64,000 nucleotides of DNA from Alphaproteobacteria bacterium. GTDB taxonomy: Bacteria; Pseudomonadota; Alphaproteobacteria; UBA828. The position numbers and the translations under genes are program-made. Position 1 is the first letter of the stretch. Every line of letters starts with the position of its first letter. The DNA is taken from NCBI GenBank assembly GCA_963422645.2, contig CAXXVO010000005.1, forward strand, positions 64,001 through 128,000, read 5' to 3'. Positions 50,946 to 60,327 of this stretch are shown here, piece after piece. Below the pieces are notes generated by a model. It was not told where the DNA came from, searched no databases, and saw only the letters and a list, made by a program, of their open reading frames with translations.

Positions 50946-51860
50946 ATGGCACAGCACTACAACGCGACCAAGGCGCTCCGGGACCTCAATACCTGGGTCC
51001 TGCTGGCGCCTGCGATAATTTTCTTCGTCGGCTATCAGGTCTACCCGATCATCCGGGTGATCTGGATCAGCTTCACCGACTTCGAGTTTCTGACCAATGA
51101 GCCGGCCAACTGGGTCGGCGTCGACAACTACATTGAGGCGTTCAACGACCCCTTGATGTGGACCAGCCTGTGGCGGGCGGCGCTCTTCACGATGATGTTC
51201 CTGCCGGGAACCATCATCTTCCCCCTGCTCCTCGCCATCCTGGTGGACCGCGTCAGGGAGCCGGGGCTCGCGACCTTCTATCGCGTGGTGCTGCTGATCC
51301 CGGCGATCATCCCTTCCACGCTCGTCTTCGTGCTGTGGAAGTGGATGTACAACTACCAAGTCGGCCCCATCAATTTCGTCCTGGTGGAGGTGCTGGAGAT
51401 CTTCACCTTCCACAACGCACCGCAATGGCTGGGCGGCACCCCGCTAACGTTGCCGTCAATCGCGATCATGGAGATCTGGTGGGGCCTCGGCTACCACACC
51501 ATCTTCTTCCTCGCCGGGCTCGCCGTCATTCCCAAGGACCTGAACGAGGCGGCGCGGCTTGATGGCGCCAACGAATGGCAGCTCTTCTGGCACGTGACAA
51601 TGCCGAGACTCGCGCCGATCATGATGATCCTGGTCGTGCTGCGCTTCGGCACCTCGATGGCGGTGATCGACGAATATCTCATCTTCGGCGGCTTCAACCG
51701 CGCCTCGCCGACCTATACCTGGACCATCTTCATGTATGACCAGGCCTTCAAGATCGGTTTGTGGCGCCAGGGATTTGCGGCTGCGATCGGCATGATCGGG
51801 TCGGTAGTGATGATGTTTTTCGTCATCATCTTGATCTACATCTTCCGGCCACGGGACTGA
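50946..51860 (+). CDS. Carbohydrate ABC permease
   Basis: EAARLDGA motif and TM helices. Confidence 0.9.
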   Translation: MAQHYNATKALRDLNTWVLLAPAIIFFVGYQVYPIIRVIWISFTDFEFLTNEPANWVGVDNYIEAFNDPLMWTSLWRAALFTMMFLPGTIIFPLLLAILVDRVREPGLATFYRVVLLIPAIIPSTLVFVLWKWMYNYQVGPINFVLVEVLEIFTFHNAPQWLGGTPLTLPSIAIMEIWWGLGYHTIFFLAGLAVIPKDLNEAARLDGANEWQLFWHVTMPRLAPIMMILVVLRFGTSMAVIDEYLIFGGFNRASPTYTWTIFMYDQAFKIGLWRQGFAAAIGMIGSVVMMFFVIILIYIFRPRD

Positions 51861-51867
51861 TCACGTC

Positions 51868-52755
51868 ATGGTCACACACACCGCCGCTCCCGCCCCGCTC
51901 CGGCGACGCCGCAGAAAGACGCGGCTCCAGCGCAATCGCAGCGCGCTCACCCGTCACGGGGTAATCTGGGTATTCGTATGGATCATCCTGCTGCCGCTGG
52001 CCTGGGTGCTGCTGCTCTCGGTCAAGTCGCTGCCCGATTCGATGCGCGGGCAGATCTGGCCGCGCAAGTTCAACTTCTCCCACTACGGCTACGTCTTCGA
52101 CAAGATCGAGACGCTGCCCACCAACCTCTTCAACAGCGTCTACGTGACCGGGGCGACGGTGTTCATCACCACCGCCTGCGCGGTGCTCGCCGGCTATGCG
52201 CTGGTTCATGTGAAGCCGCGCGGCACCGGGATCATCGTCACGGTCTTTCTGGTCTCGCTCTACTTCCCGATCCGCGTTGTCTCGATCATCTCGATCTACG
52301 AAATCCAGAATGCGCTCGACCTGATCAACAGCACCAGCGGGCTGATCCTGCCATACATCACGCTGAATCTGGCGATCAGCGTTCTCATCATGCGGGCCGT
52401 CTTCCAGCTCGTGCCCCATGAGTTGATCGAGGCGGCACGGATGGACGGCGCCGGCCACTGGCGCACCCTCTGGTTGGTCTGCCTGCCGCTGGTGCGCAAC
52501 GGGCTGGTGGTGGTCTTCATCGTCAACTTCGTCACCGCCTGGGGCGAGTTCCTGCTGGGGACGACGCTGACCAACGACCAGGAGGTCCGCACCATGCCGG
52601 TCGTCCTCGCCGCGGCTCAGGGCGGCATGGGGCAATGGGCCTGGCCGCGCATTGCGGCGGTCTACGTGGTGGTGGTCGCCCCCGGCATCATCGCCTTCAC
52701 CTTCGCCCAGCGGCTCTTCTTCAAGGGCCTGATGGAGGGCGTGACCAAAGGCTGA
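51868..52755 (+). CDS. Carbohydrate ABC permease
   Basis: EAARMDGA motif and TM helices. Confidence 0.9.
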   Translation: MVTHTAAPAPLRRRRRKTRLQRNRSALTRHGVIWVFVWIILLPLAWVLLLSVKSLPDSMRGQIWPRKFNFSHYGYVFDKIETLPTNLFNSVYVTGATVFITTACAVLAGYALVHVKPRGTGIIVTVFLVSLYFPIRVVSIISIYEIQNALDLINSTSGLILPYITLNLAISVLIMRAVFQLVPHELIEAARMDGAGHWRTLWLVCLPLVRNGLVVVFIVNFVTAWGEFLLGTTLTNDQEVRTMPVVLAAAQGGMGQWAWPRIAAVYVVVVAPGIIAFTFAQRLFFKGLMEGVTKG

Positions 52756-52806
52756 CGCCCCGGCGCGCCGGCGGAGCCGCCTCCGAAACGCGGCAGGGTT
52801 TGCACG

Positions 52807-53082
52807 CTAACGCCCGACCAGATCCGCTGCGATGCGTTTTGCGCGGTCGGTGAAGCCGGCGACGCTTTCGCCCTCGAAGCGCTGGCGGAAGCGTTCGGCG
52901 GCTTCGGCGATGTGGGCTTCGATCTTCTCCTGCGACGGCTTCCGCTTCGGCGGGACCAGCTCGCGCAGCACGGCCTCCGCGGCGAGCAGGCGGCAGGCCT
53001 GATCGACAACCAGCAATTCCAGAGCCAGGATCAGCTCGTCCCTCTTCTCGAGCTCCTCCTGAATGTTCCGTGGAATCGGCAT
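52807..53082 (-). CDS. Hypothetical helical protein
   Basis: RBS GAGGAG upstream of ATG; protein-like composition. Confidence 0.5.
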   Translation of the reverse strand: MPIPRNIQEELEKRDELILALELLVVDQACRLLAAEAVLRELVPPKRKPSQEKIEAHIAEAAERFRQRFEGESVAGFTDRAKRIAADLVGR

Positions 53083-53158
53083 CGTTTCACTCCTCTGACC
53101 GCGACCGCTATCCTGCGCCTGAGAGCGGGCGATCTTACTCGAAAGCGACGGAAACATC

Positions 53159-53647
53159 GTGGGGCGACGCCGCGCAGCCAAGGCACCATCGAAGCGGCGA
53201 TGGCTTCGCTACGGCATCATCGTTGGGATACTTCTGCTCTTCGTGATCGTCTACGAAACCGGGCAGCAGTTGCGCCGCGGCGATACCGGAAGGGAGCAAC
53301 AAAGCGCTGCACCCGGCGCCGAAGAGGCCGTCGATCCCGAGGACTCCGTGCGCCGGCTCAAGCGCTACTACCACAGTCACGACCTGCCGGCCGGCTGGGA
53401 GGTCGGCGACACGGAGCGGGCCGATTCGGGCTCGGTCGAGGTGGAGGTCTACTTCTCCCCCGGCCTCCGCTCGAGCCGCCACGGCGAAGCAGCCAGATCA
53501 GGCGAGATCGGGCCGCACAATGCCTGCCCGACCGAGGAATCGGAGCTCTGGAGCAAGCTCGCCGAGGCGACCTTCGAGATCGAGGTGAACGACAAGACCG
53601 GGGTGATCGACCGCTTCGCCTGCACCCCGCCCACACCGGCCGGGTGA
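53159..53647 (+). CDS. Hypothetical membrane-anchored protein
   Basis: Basic N-terminus followed by one TM helix. Confidence 0.55.
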   Translation: MGRRRAAKAPSKRRWLRYGIIVGILLLFVIVYETGQQLRRGDTGREQQSAAPGAEEAVDPEDSVRRLKRYYHSHDLPAGWEVGDTERADSGSVEVEVYFSPGLRSSRHGEAARSGEIGPHNACPTEESELWSKLAEATFEIEVNDKTGVIDRFACTPPTPAG

Positions 53648-53657
53648 GAATATCGAG

Positions 53658-54419
53658 TTAGACGGGCACCGGATCGATGATCACGTCGGCGTCGCCCGCG
53701 GCCTTGCCGCGCCATTGGGCGACGAGACCCATGCCCTGCGCTTTCTCGTCCGACGACATCTCCTTCACCACCGCCTCCAGCGCGGTGAGCGCGCTGCCGA
53801 TGCCATGCCGGGCGGCGAGCGAGAGCCACAGGAAGGCCTGAACGCGGTCCCTCTTCACGCCTTCGCCCGCCAGGTACATGTGGCCGAGACGGGCCTGAGA
53901 CTGGTAGTGCCCGGTCTCCGCCGCCTTGCGATACCACTCGGCGGCACGGGTGTGGTTCTGCGGCACGCCCTTGCCCTGGCTGTAGAGCACCCCGAGGTTG
54001 AAGCGGGCGTTGGCATCGCCGCCCCGGGCCGCGCGGCGCAGCCAGCGCACCGCTTCCGCCATGTCCTTGGCGACGCCGCTACCCATGGCGTACATCGCGC
54101 CGACGTTGCTCTGGGCCAGCGCGTTCCGGCCCTCGGCCGACTTCAGGTACCAGGCGAACGCCGCCGCCGCGTCGGCCTCGACGCCGTCTCCGTTGGCGTA
54201 AAGCGAGCCGACCCAGGCCTGCGCCTCGGCATTGCCGGCCTCGGCTAGCGGCAGCCAGAGCGACCGCGCCCTGTCGAAGTTGCGGGCCATGTAGGCGCGC
54301 CGCCCTTCCTCGATGGCGTCGCTCTCCTGCCGCGTACGTGCTGCCCGCGCCTCGGCTGCGCGGCGCGCAGCGGGGCGGCGCCCGCTACGGGACGGTCCCT
54401 TCGCTCTTCTTGTAGACAT
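53658..54419 (-). CDS. Sel1-like repeat protein
   Basis: Repeated AQ..LG..Y..G.GV..D...A..W...AA units; start uncertain. Confidence 0.88.
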   Translation of the reverse strand: MSTRRAKGPSRSGRRPAARRAAEARAARTRQESDAIEEGRRAYMARNFDRARSLWLPLAEAGNAEAQAWVGSLYANGDGVEADAAAAFAWYLKSAEGRNALAQSNVGAMYAMGSGVAKDMAEAVRWLRRAARGGDANARFNLGVLYSQGKGVPQNHTRAAEWYRKAAETGHYQSQARLGHMYLAGEGVKRDRVQAFLWLSLAARHGIGSALTALEAVVKEMSSDEKAQGMGLVAQWRGKAAGDADVIIDPVPV

Positions 54420-54690
54420 AGACGCAGTCCATATCCTCGTCGCCGTCGAACACCGGCTCGCCGTCAGCCTTGAGCCGGCGCAGAAAGTAATCCTGAACCG
54501 TCTGCGCGGCGTAGAAGGTGAGCGCCTGCTTGTAGAGCCAGGGGTCGGCGGACTCGTCCACCTTGTGGACCTCGCGCAGGGTCTTCTTCGGGTCAGCCGC
54601 GATCCCGACGTAGTAGTCGCCGAAGTCCCCGCCGAACTCCTTGATGTAGGCGAGGATCTCGTACTTAATCTGCTGGACGCTGAAGACCAT
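54385..54690 (-). CDS. Small hypothetical protein with a GIY-YIG-like motif
   Basis: YYVGIAADPKKTL..VH and C-terminal VYVYK; start overlaps the upstream stop. Confidence 0.6.
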   Translation of the reverse strand: MVFSVQQIKYEILAYIKEFGGDFGDYYVGIAADPKKTLREVHKVDESADPWLYKQALTFYAAQTVQDYFLRRLKADGEPVFDGDEDMDCVYVYKKSEGTVP

Positions 54691-55811
54691 CAGCGCAGGG
54701 CGGCCGCGTAGAGCGGGCCCGACCAGTGGACTTCGTGGCGCTTCAGCAGCCGCCCGATCACGTAGGTCTGGAGCAGGTGGGCGGCACGGTCCTCTTCGAG
54801 CGGGAGAGAGGCGAGGCTCGTCTCCGGTCTGGACGGCGTGCCGAACCGTGCCAGCTCGTCCTGCAGGCCCGCCGCGGCATTACCGGCCTCGTCGAGGGCG
54901 GCACGCAATGTGTCGACGTGCGCAGGCTCCATCGGCCCTGCACCGCTGATCCTGACCCGGGCAAGCGTCTCCTCCAGAGCGCTGGGCTGCAGCACGATGC
55001 TCACCAGATGGTCTTCCCCGCGCAACAGGATCAGGTTGGGCAGGAGCCAGTAGAGCGTCGCGGGCGCGCCCGAATTTTCGGCGTCCGCTCGGAGCACGAT
55101 GACGTCGGCGCCTCCCTTCTTCGCAGGCTTGGCCTCTGGCGCGAGCGAGCGCAGCAGCGCGCGGCCAAGGAGCTTCCAGTTGGCGTCGTACTCCACCCGG
55201 AAACTCTCGGTGTTCTCCCACGTCGCAGCGTCGTCGAGGGCAAGGGCATCGGCGGCACCGTCCAGCCGGTCGGCGAGCGGTGCGGCTTCAGGGTCGAGAT
55301 TGACGAAGAGGAGCGGCCCCTCTCTCTCCACCCTCACCGGCAGCAGCCGCTCGGGCCGGTAGCCGAGATACTGTCGCATGGTCAGCGTATCGTCGCCGAG
55401 CTCGTCGGCGGCGATCACCCCGCGATCGCGGCTGTAGCCGCACGAGGTGAACGAGCACCTGGTCTTCGAGCCGGTCTGGCACTGCGCCGGTACGAAGCGG
55501 CAGCCGCCGTGCTGCGCGAGGTTGTAGCGCCCGGTCAGCCCCTCCTTGCCGCGCTGCACGTGGACGCCGTGGTTGCCGACGGTATAGGGCAGAAGGTCGC
55601 CGACATTGGGAATTTCGCGCTGCGAGCCGATGCAGATCCAGCTCCGGGTCCAGATCTTCTCGTCTTCGAGGTCGGCGAAGACCTTGGAGCGGTAGGCGAT
55701 GGGCGTGAGGATGCTGGCCTTGCCGAAGCGCCCGCGCGACGGCTTGTAGAGGGCGGGATCCTGGAGATCGACGCCCTCATCCAGATAGTCGAGATCGGGC
55801 CGCATCGTCAT
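54690..55811 (-). CDS. Atypical Rieske oxygenase-fold protein
   Basis: EDEKIWTRSWICIG...IPNVGD, LFVNLD and ANWKL give the scaffold; canonical metal ligands are altered. Confidence 0.7.
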   Translation of the reverse strand: MTMRPDLDYLDEGVDLQDPALYKPSRGRFGKASILTPIAYRSKVFADLEDEKIWTRSWICIGSQREIPNVGDLLPYTVGNHGVHVQRGKEGLTGRYNLAQHGGCRFVPAQCQTGSKTRCSFTSCGYSRDRGVIAADELGDDTLTMRQYLGYRPERLLPVRVEREGPLLFVNLDPEAAPLADRLDGAADALALDDAATWENTESFRVEYDANWKLLGRALLRSLAPEAKPAKKGGADVIVLRADAENSGAPATLYWLLPNLILLRGEDHLVSIVLQPSALEETLARVRISGAGPMEPAHVDTLRAALDEAGNAAAGLQDELARFGTPSRPETSLASLPLEEDRAAHLLQTYVIGRLLKRHEVHWSGPLYAAALR

Positions 55812-55883
55812 CGGGCCAGACCCTCGGCCGCGCCGGATTGGGGCGGGCGCACCACCCGCCCCGTCCCTGCCTGCGGCGAGCCG

Positions 55884-58289
55884 CTACTTCCGCTTCTTGT
55901 TGAGCGGCGGATCGTAATCGGCGCGGCCACGGTGCTTGGTGGCGCCGCGCGGCGGCGGCGGCAGCGGCCCGTCCTGCGAGAAGCGGTCGAGCACGTTCTT
56001 CACCAGCCGCGAGATGTTGTTCTTCTCGGGATCGCCGTTGTTCCACGGCAGCGACCCGCAGAAGGCGATCGAGCTGAACGCGAAGCACCCGCCGCCATTG
56101 GGCGTCTCGTGATAGGCGATGTCCGAGCGCACGCGCGGGTGCTGGGTGCCGTCGAGGCCCTGCTGGTTGAAGCCGAAGTCCTCCATCACCAGCAGATAGC
56201 CCTCGGTATGGCGGCCCGCCGAGGTCGCGGTGATCAGCGTATGCGGGGGCGAGCCGAGCAGGGTGTCGACGATGTCGAGCTCGGTGCCCGCAGCACCGCC
56301 GCCGACGAGGCCGAAGTTGCCGATCTTCTCGTCGTAGCCGATGCCCTCGTAGGCCCACGAGACGCGCGGATCGTTACTCTCCGGCGTCCGCGAGTAGTAG
56401 CTGGAAATATCGAAGCCTTCCGACGACATGCCGGTGCCGGCGACCGAGTGCAGGTAGCGCCCGCGATAGCGCCACATGCCGCCGAGCTCGCCGGTCGACT
56501 GGTGGTAGTACTCGCCGGGATCGGCCCGCCAGGTCCTGATGCCGGACTCGCAGCGGCGCATCTCGGTGACGATGCCGCGGCCGAGATGGTCGTAGGCCGG
56601 ATGGAAGGAGTGGATCCAGTAGAAGCCGTCCGCGCCCATGTACATGAACCGGCCGCCGCGCTGGGTGTAGTCGTGGATCGCGTCGAGCTGCGGCCCGGAG
56701 TTGTGCTCCGGATGCGAGCCCGTGATCACGACGTTGTAGTTCTCCAGCCGCGCGAGGCCGTCATAGTTCACGTCCTCGTCGGTGATGACGTCGTACTCGT
56801 AGCCCAGCTGGTTGAGCCAGTAGATCAGATGCAGGTCGGCCGGATACTGCCAGGGCGCCTGCATCAGGAAGTGGTCGTACTGCGGCCGGACGCTGAGGAT
56901 CGGCCGCAGCCTCGACGAGAGGCAGAGGCCGCTGCCGTCCGTATGGGTGTCGTAGATCGAGCCGCCGTACTCGCGGTGCTCGGCCAGGAACATGTTCTGG
57001 TGCTGCATGATCGGCACGCGGTAGACCAGCAACTCCGCCCCGCCCGCGTTGTTGGCGAGATGCTCGTTGGCGTAGGCCATGTAGCTGATCGTCGGCATCA
57101 TCACCGCGATCTTGGTCTGCTCCTCGCCGGGGCGCGGCACCACGAAGAAGGGAATGTAGTCCTCGTCTCCCTCTTCCGTGGTGAGTTTCACGCAGTAGGA
57201 ATCGCTCTCGTAGTTCGCCGGCACGGTCCACTCGAAGTCGACCTCCCAGCGCGCATCGTCCACATCGTCGTCGTGGAAGTGGATCGCGCCATACTCTTCG
57301 GGCGCATGCTTCCAGTCGAAGTTGTCGCCCGAGAAGTTGTGGCCGGTCATGGCTCGGGTCGGGCAGTTGACGATCTGCGCATCGAACAGATAGGGCCCCT
57401 GATCCTTGCCGACGATGGTGTTGATGCCGTCCGAGAAGTCCCAGGCGGCGACGATGGTCTCGGAGAGTGCGCCGGTGGGGCCGGAGTTGCGCCGCTCGGT
57501 CAGGCCGCGCTGGGCGCCGAGCTTCATGGTCTCGATCTCTTCCCGGCTCAGCGCGCGATTGCAGATCCGGGGGCTGTCGATCTTCCCGTTGTAGTGGCCG
57601 TTGATGACGATGCCCGCAGGCACCGACGACTGCGCCGTGGGATCGTCGCTGTGCGCGCCGGTGTAGCCCGCGATCACCGCCGGGCTCGCGTCATGCCGGA
57701 CCGGCCCTGCGATCTTCTCCTTCGCGGGCCTGATCACGGGGTCTAGGGCATAGACCACCTGCGGCTCGTGATAGAGGATCGCCTGCCCCGTCTCGGCGTT
57801 GTAGCTCGCGGCGAGGAAGTGCCAGGCATGGTCGCGCAGCGGCGCGCCCGTGGTGACCTTCTTGCCGTTGATGCGGAGCTCGGCGCAGCCGTCCTCGTTG
57901 ATGAAGAGGCCGTAGCCCTTGTTCCTGTGCCACTTCGTGACCAGGCCCTGGGCGCCGTGCTTCCAGTATTTCGGATGGGTCTTGGGCGTCGTCGGCCAGA
58001 CCCAGCACTGCAGGGTGAAGCTCTGGACGCGAAGCTGCGAGTTGTCCTCCACGCAGCCGTAGGAGCCGCTGTGGATGACCTGACGGCGGCCCTTGTAGGT
58101 GCTGTTGAGGGCGGCCCGCCTCTTGCGCTCGATCAGGCCCGGCCCGCGCGGGTTGGTGTCGCCGTTGATCATCTTCACGAGCTGGGCGTCGTAGGACTTC
58201 GGCCCGTCGCAATTCACATAGAAGCGGATCGTATCGCCGGGATGGACGCCGAACTTGTCCGCATATCCCGTCAGTCTCATCCAAGCCAT
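55884..58289 (-). CDS. N,N-dimethylformamidase large-subunit family protein
   Basis: LamG-like N-terminal part, RAMTGHN, HFHDDD, SYMAYANE, SIYDTH, GSHPE. Confidence 0.88.
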   Translation of the reverse strand: MAWMRLTGYADKFGVHPGDTIRFYVNCDGPKSYDAQLVKMINGDTNPRGPGLIERKRRAALNSTYKGRRQVIHSGSYGCVEDNSQLRVQSFTLQCWVWPTTPKTHPKYWKHGAQGLVTKWHRNKGYGLFINEDGCAELRINGKKVTTGAPLRDHAWHFLAASYNAETGQAILYHEPQVVYALDPVIRPAKEKIAGPVRHDASPAVIAGYTGAHSDDPTAQSSVPAGIVINGHYNGKIDSPRICNRALSREEIETMKLGAQRGLTERRNSGPTGALSETIVAAWDFSDGINTIVGKDQGPYLFDAQIVNCPTRAMTGHNFSGDNFDWKHAPEEYGAIHFHDDDVDDARWEVDFEWTVPANYESDSYCVKLTTEEGDEDYIPFFVVPRPGEEQTKIAVMMPTISYMAYANEHLANNAGGAELLVYRVPIMQHQNMFLAEHREYGGSIYDTHTDGSGLCLSSRLRPILSVRPQYDHFLMQAPWQYPADLHLIYWLNQLGYEYDVITDEDVNYDGLARLENYNVVITGSHPEHNSGPQLDAIHDYTQRGGRFMYMGADGFYWIHSFHPAYDHLGRGIVTEMRRCESGIRTWRADPGEYYHQSTGELGGMWRYRGRYLHSVAGTGMSSEGFDISSYYSRTPESNDPRVSWAYEGIGYDEKIGNFGLVGGGAAGTELDIVDTLLGSPPHTLITATSAGRHTEGYLLVMEDFGFNQQGLDGTQHPRVRSDIAYHETPNGGGCFAFSSIAFCGSLPWNNGDPEKNNISRLVKNVLDRFSQDGPLPPPPRGATKHRGRADYDPPLNKKRK

Positions 58290-58389
58290 CGGGTGTCTCT
58301 CCCCCTAAATCGCGCGGGCCTCGGCGGCCGCTTGCGCGTCCTGATCGGTTAGCGCGTGGAACCCTGGAATGCTCGCGCAGGCCTGCGCC

Positions 58390-58830
58390 CTAGGACGCGG
58401 CCCAGTTGTCATCCCGGCGCTTCCAGCCCTGATGGAAGTGCTCGGGAAAACCGTCGGTCTCCTGGAACTCGTCGAGCCGCATCAGGAAGATGTCGTGCTG
58501 GGGGTCCTGCTCGTTGTCGTACACCTTGTCGGAGACGAACTCCGGCGGCACGCCCCGGATGCCGGAGCAGCGGGCGATGCGCCACTCCTTCTCGATCTTG
58601 GTGCAGACCACCACGAGCTTGCCCGTCGCCGGCTGGGCCCGCATCCGCAGCAGCACGCGGTTGAGCTGGAAGTCCTCGTGGATGCCGCCGCTGATCTCGG
58701 TGGTGTCACCCGGTGTCGCGCAGCGCAGGATCGAGCAACCGGCGACGCCCTTCATGGAGTCGATGCACGCCTTGTGCTCATCGATGAGACGATCCCGTTC
58801 GGGACTGCCTTTCGGCGGAATACGGATCAT
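58390..58830 (-). CDS. Probable small partner subunit of the DMFase-like enzyme
   Basis: Size and position directly upstream of the large subunit; SG.RG.PP...H..F..R pattern recalled from such partners. Confidence 0.6.
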   Translation of the reverse strand: MIRIPPKGSPERDRLIDEHKACIDSMKGVAGCSILRCATPGDTTEISGGIHEDFQLNRVLLRMRAQPATGKLVVVCTKIEKEWRIARCSGIRGVPPEFVSDKVYDNEQDPQHDIFLMRLDEFQETDGFPEHFHQGWKRRDDNWAAS

Positions 58831-58871
58831 TCTGGGTCCCCCTCGCGTCTACTGCCACGGCCCTCAGATGC

Positions 58872-59570
58872 CTAGATCGTCAGGTACTTGTCGACGACCT
58901 CGTCGGTCAACCCGTCGATGGGGCCACCCTCGACGATCAGACCATTGTCCATGATGACAAACTCGTGCGCGAGCGCGCGCGCCACCCTGATGTGCTGCTC
59001 CGTCAGCACGAGCGTAAGCCCGACCTCGGTGTTCAGCCGCATGATCGTGGCCTCGATCTCCTGCACGATGTTGGGCTGGATGCCCTCCGTCGGCTCGTCG
59101 AGCAGCAGGATTTTCGGATCGGTCGCGAGCGCGCGTGAGATCGAGAGCTGCTGCTGCTGACCGCCCGAGAGCTGCCCTGCCCGCTTGTCCAGGTTCTCGG
59201 CGAGATAGGGAAAGAGGTCGAGGCACATGTCCGGGATCTTCCGCTTCTTGTCGTTGCGGGCGAAAGTTCCGAGCAGGATGTTCTCGCGCACCGAGAACTT
59301 GGGCAGGATGCCGCGCCCCTGCGGAATGTAGCCGACACCGATTTCGGAGCGCTGATGCGTGGGCATGGCGCTCGCGTCTTCTCCGGCGATCCTGAGCGTG
59401 CCGGTCATTTGCGTGGTCAGCCCCATGATGGTGCGCATCAGCGTGGTCTTGCCGACGCCGTTCCGCCCCAGCACCGCCAAGCAGTGGCCGTCCGCGACGC
59501 CCAGGCTCACGTTCTGGAGGATCGGCGTCTTGCCGTAAAAGGAGGTGACGCCTTCCAGCTCAAGCAGCAT
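58872..59570 (-). CDS. Urea/amide ABC ATPase (UrtE-like)
   Basis: GRNGVGKT, LSGGQQQQL, DEPTEGIQP. Confidence 0.9.
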   Translation of the reverse strand: MLLELEGVTSFYGKTPILQNVSLGVADGHCLAVLGRNGVGKTTLMRTIMGLTTQMTGTLRIAGEDASAMPTHQRSEIGVGYIPQGRGILPKFSVRENILLGTFARNDKKRKIPDMCLDLFPYLAENLDKRAGQLSGGQQQQLSISRALATDPKILLLDEPTEGIQPNIVQEIEATIMRLNTEVGLTLVLTEQHIRVARALAHEFVIMDNGLIVEGGPIDGLTDEVVDKYLTI

Positions 59571-60315
59571 CGCTGATGCCCTCGGTGCCGAGATAGACCT
59601 CGCGCACCTTCGGATCGTTCTCCACCTCGTGCATGGGGCCCTCCGCCAGGGTCTTGCCCAGATGCATGAGCGTGATGATATCGGCGATCTCGCGCACGAA
59701 CGCCATGTCGTGCTCGACCACGACCAGCGTGTGCGAGCCCTTCAGCCGGTTGAAGATTTCGGAGGTACGGTGGGTCTCCTGCTCGGTCATGCCGGCGGTG
59801 GGCTCGTCCATGAGCAGGAGCTTGGGATCCTGGGTCAGCACCATGCCGATCTCGAGCCACTGCGTCTCGCCGTGGCTCAGGTTGCCGCCGAGCTCGTCCA
59901 GCCGTCCCTCAAGTCCGACCAGCTCGACGATCTCGTTCAGGCGGTCGCGCCCGGCGCGCTGGCTGAACGTGACCATGTTGATGAAGGGATTGGTGTTTCG
60001 CGTGTAGGCGACCTGCAGGTTCTCACGCACGGTGAGGTCCCTGAACACCGCCGGCACCTGGAATTTGCGGCCGATCCCGTGCTTCGAGATGCGGTGCTCC
60101 GGCAGTCCGGTGATATCGCGGCCCTGGAACATGATCTTGCCCGCCGTGACCTTCTGGCGGCCCGTGATCAGGTCCATCGTCGTGGTCTTGCCGGCGCCAT
60201 TGGGCCCGAGCAGGCAGCGCAGCTCGCCCTGCTCGACCTGGAAGCTGAATTCGTCGACGACCCTGTACTCGTCGTAGGCCTTGGTCAGGTCCGTGACTTC
60301 CAGAATCGCGCTCAT
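59560..60315 (-). CDS. Urea/amide ABC ATPase (UrtD-like)
   Basis: GPNGAGKTT, GRKFQ, LSHGETQWLEIGM. Confidence 0.9.
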   Translation of the reverse strand: MSAILEVTDLTKAYDEYRVVDEFSFQVEQGELRCLLGPNGAGKTTTMDLITGRQKVTAGKIMFQGRDITGLPEHRISKHGIGRKFQVPAVFRDLTVRENLQVAYTRNTNPFINMVTFSQRAGRDRLNEIVELVGLEGRLDELGGNLSHGETQWLEIGMVLTQDPKLLLMDEPTAGMTEQETHRTSEIFNRLKGSHTLVVVEHDMAFVREIADIITLMHLGKTLAEGPMHEVENDPKVREVYLGTEGISDAA

Positions 60316-60327
60316 GTCCCCGCCCTC

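Noticed and set aside
54726-57746. 1006-aa plus-strand ORF and similar long ORFs (14756-17587, 45323-47671, 59545-61488)
   Set aside because: These are antisense shadows of real high-GC genes, with no recognisable motifs.
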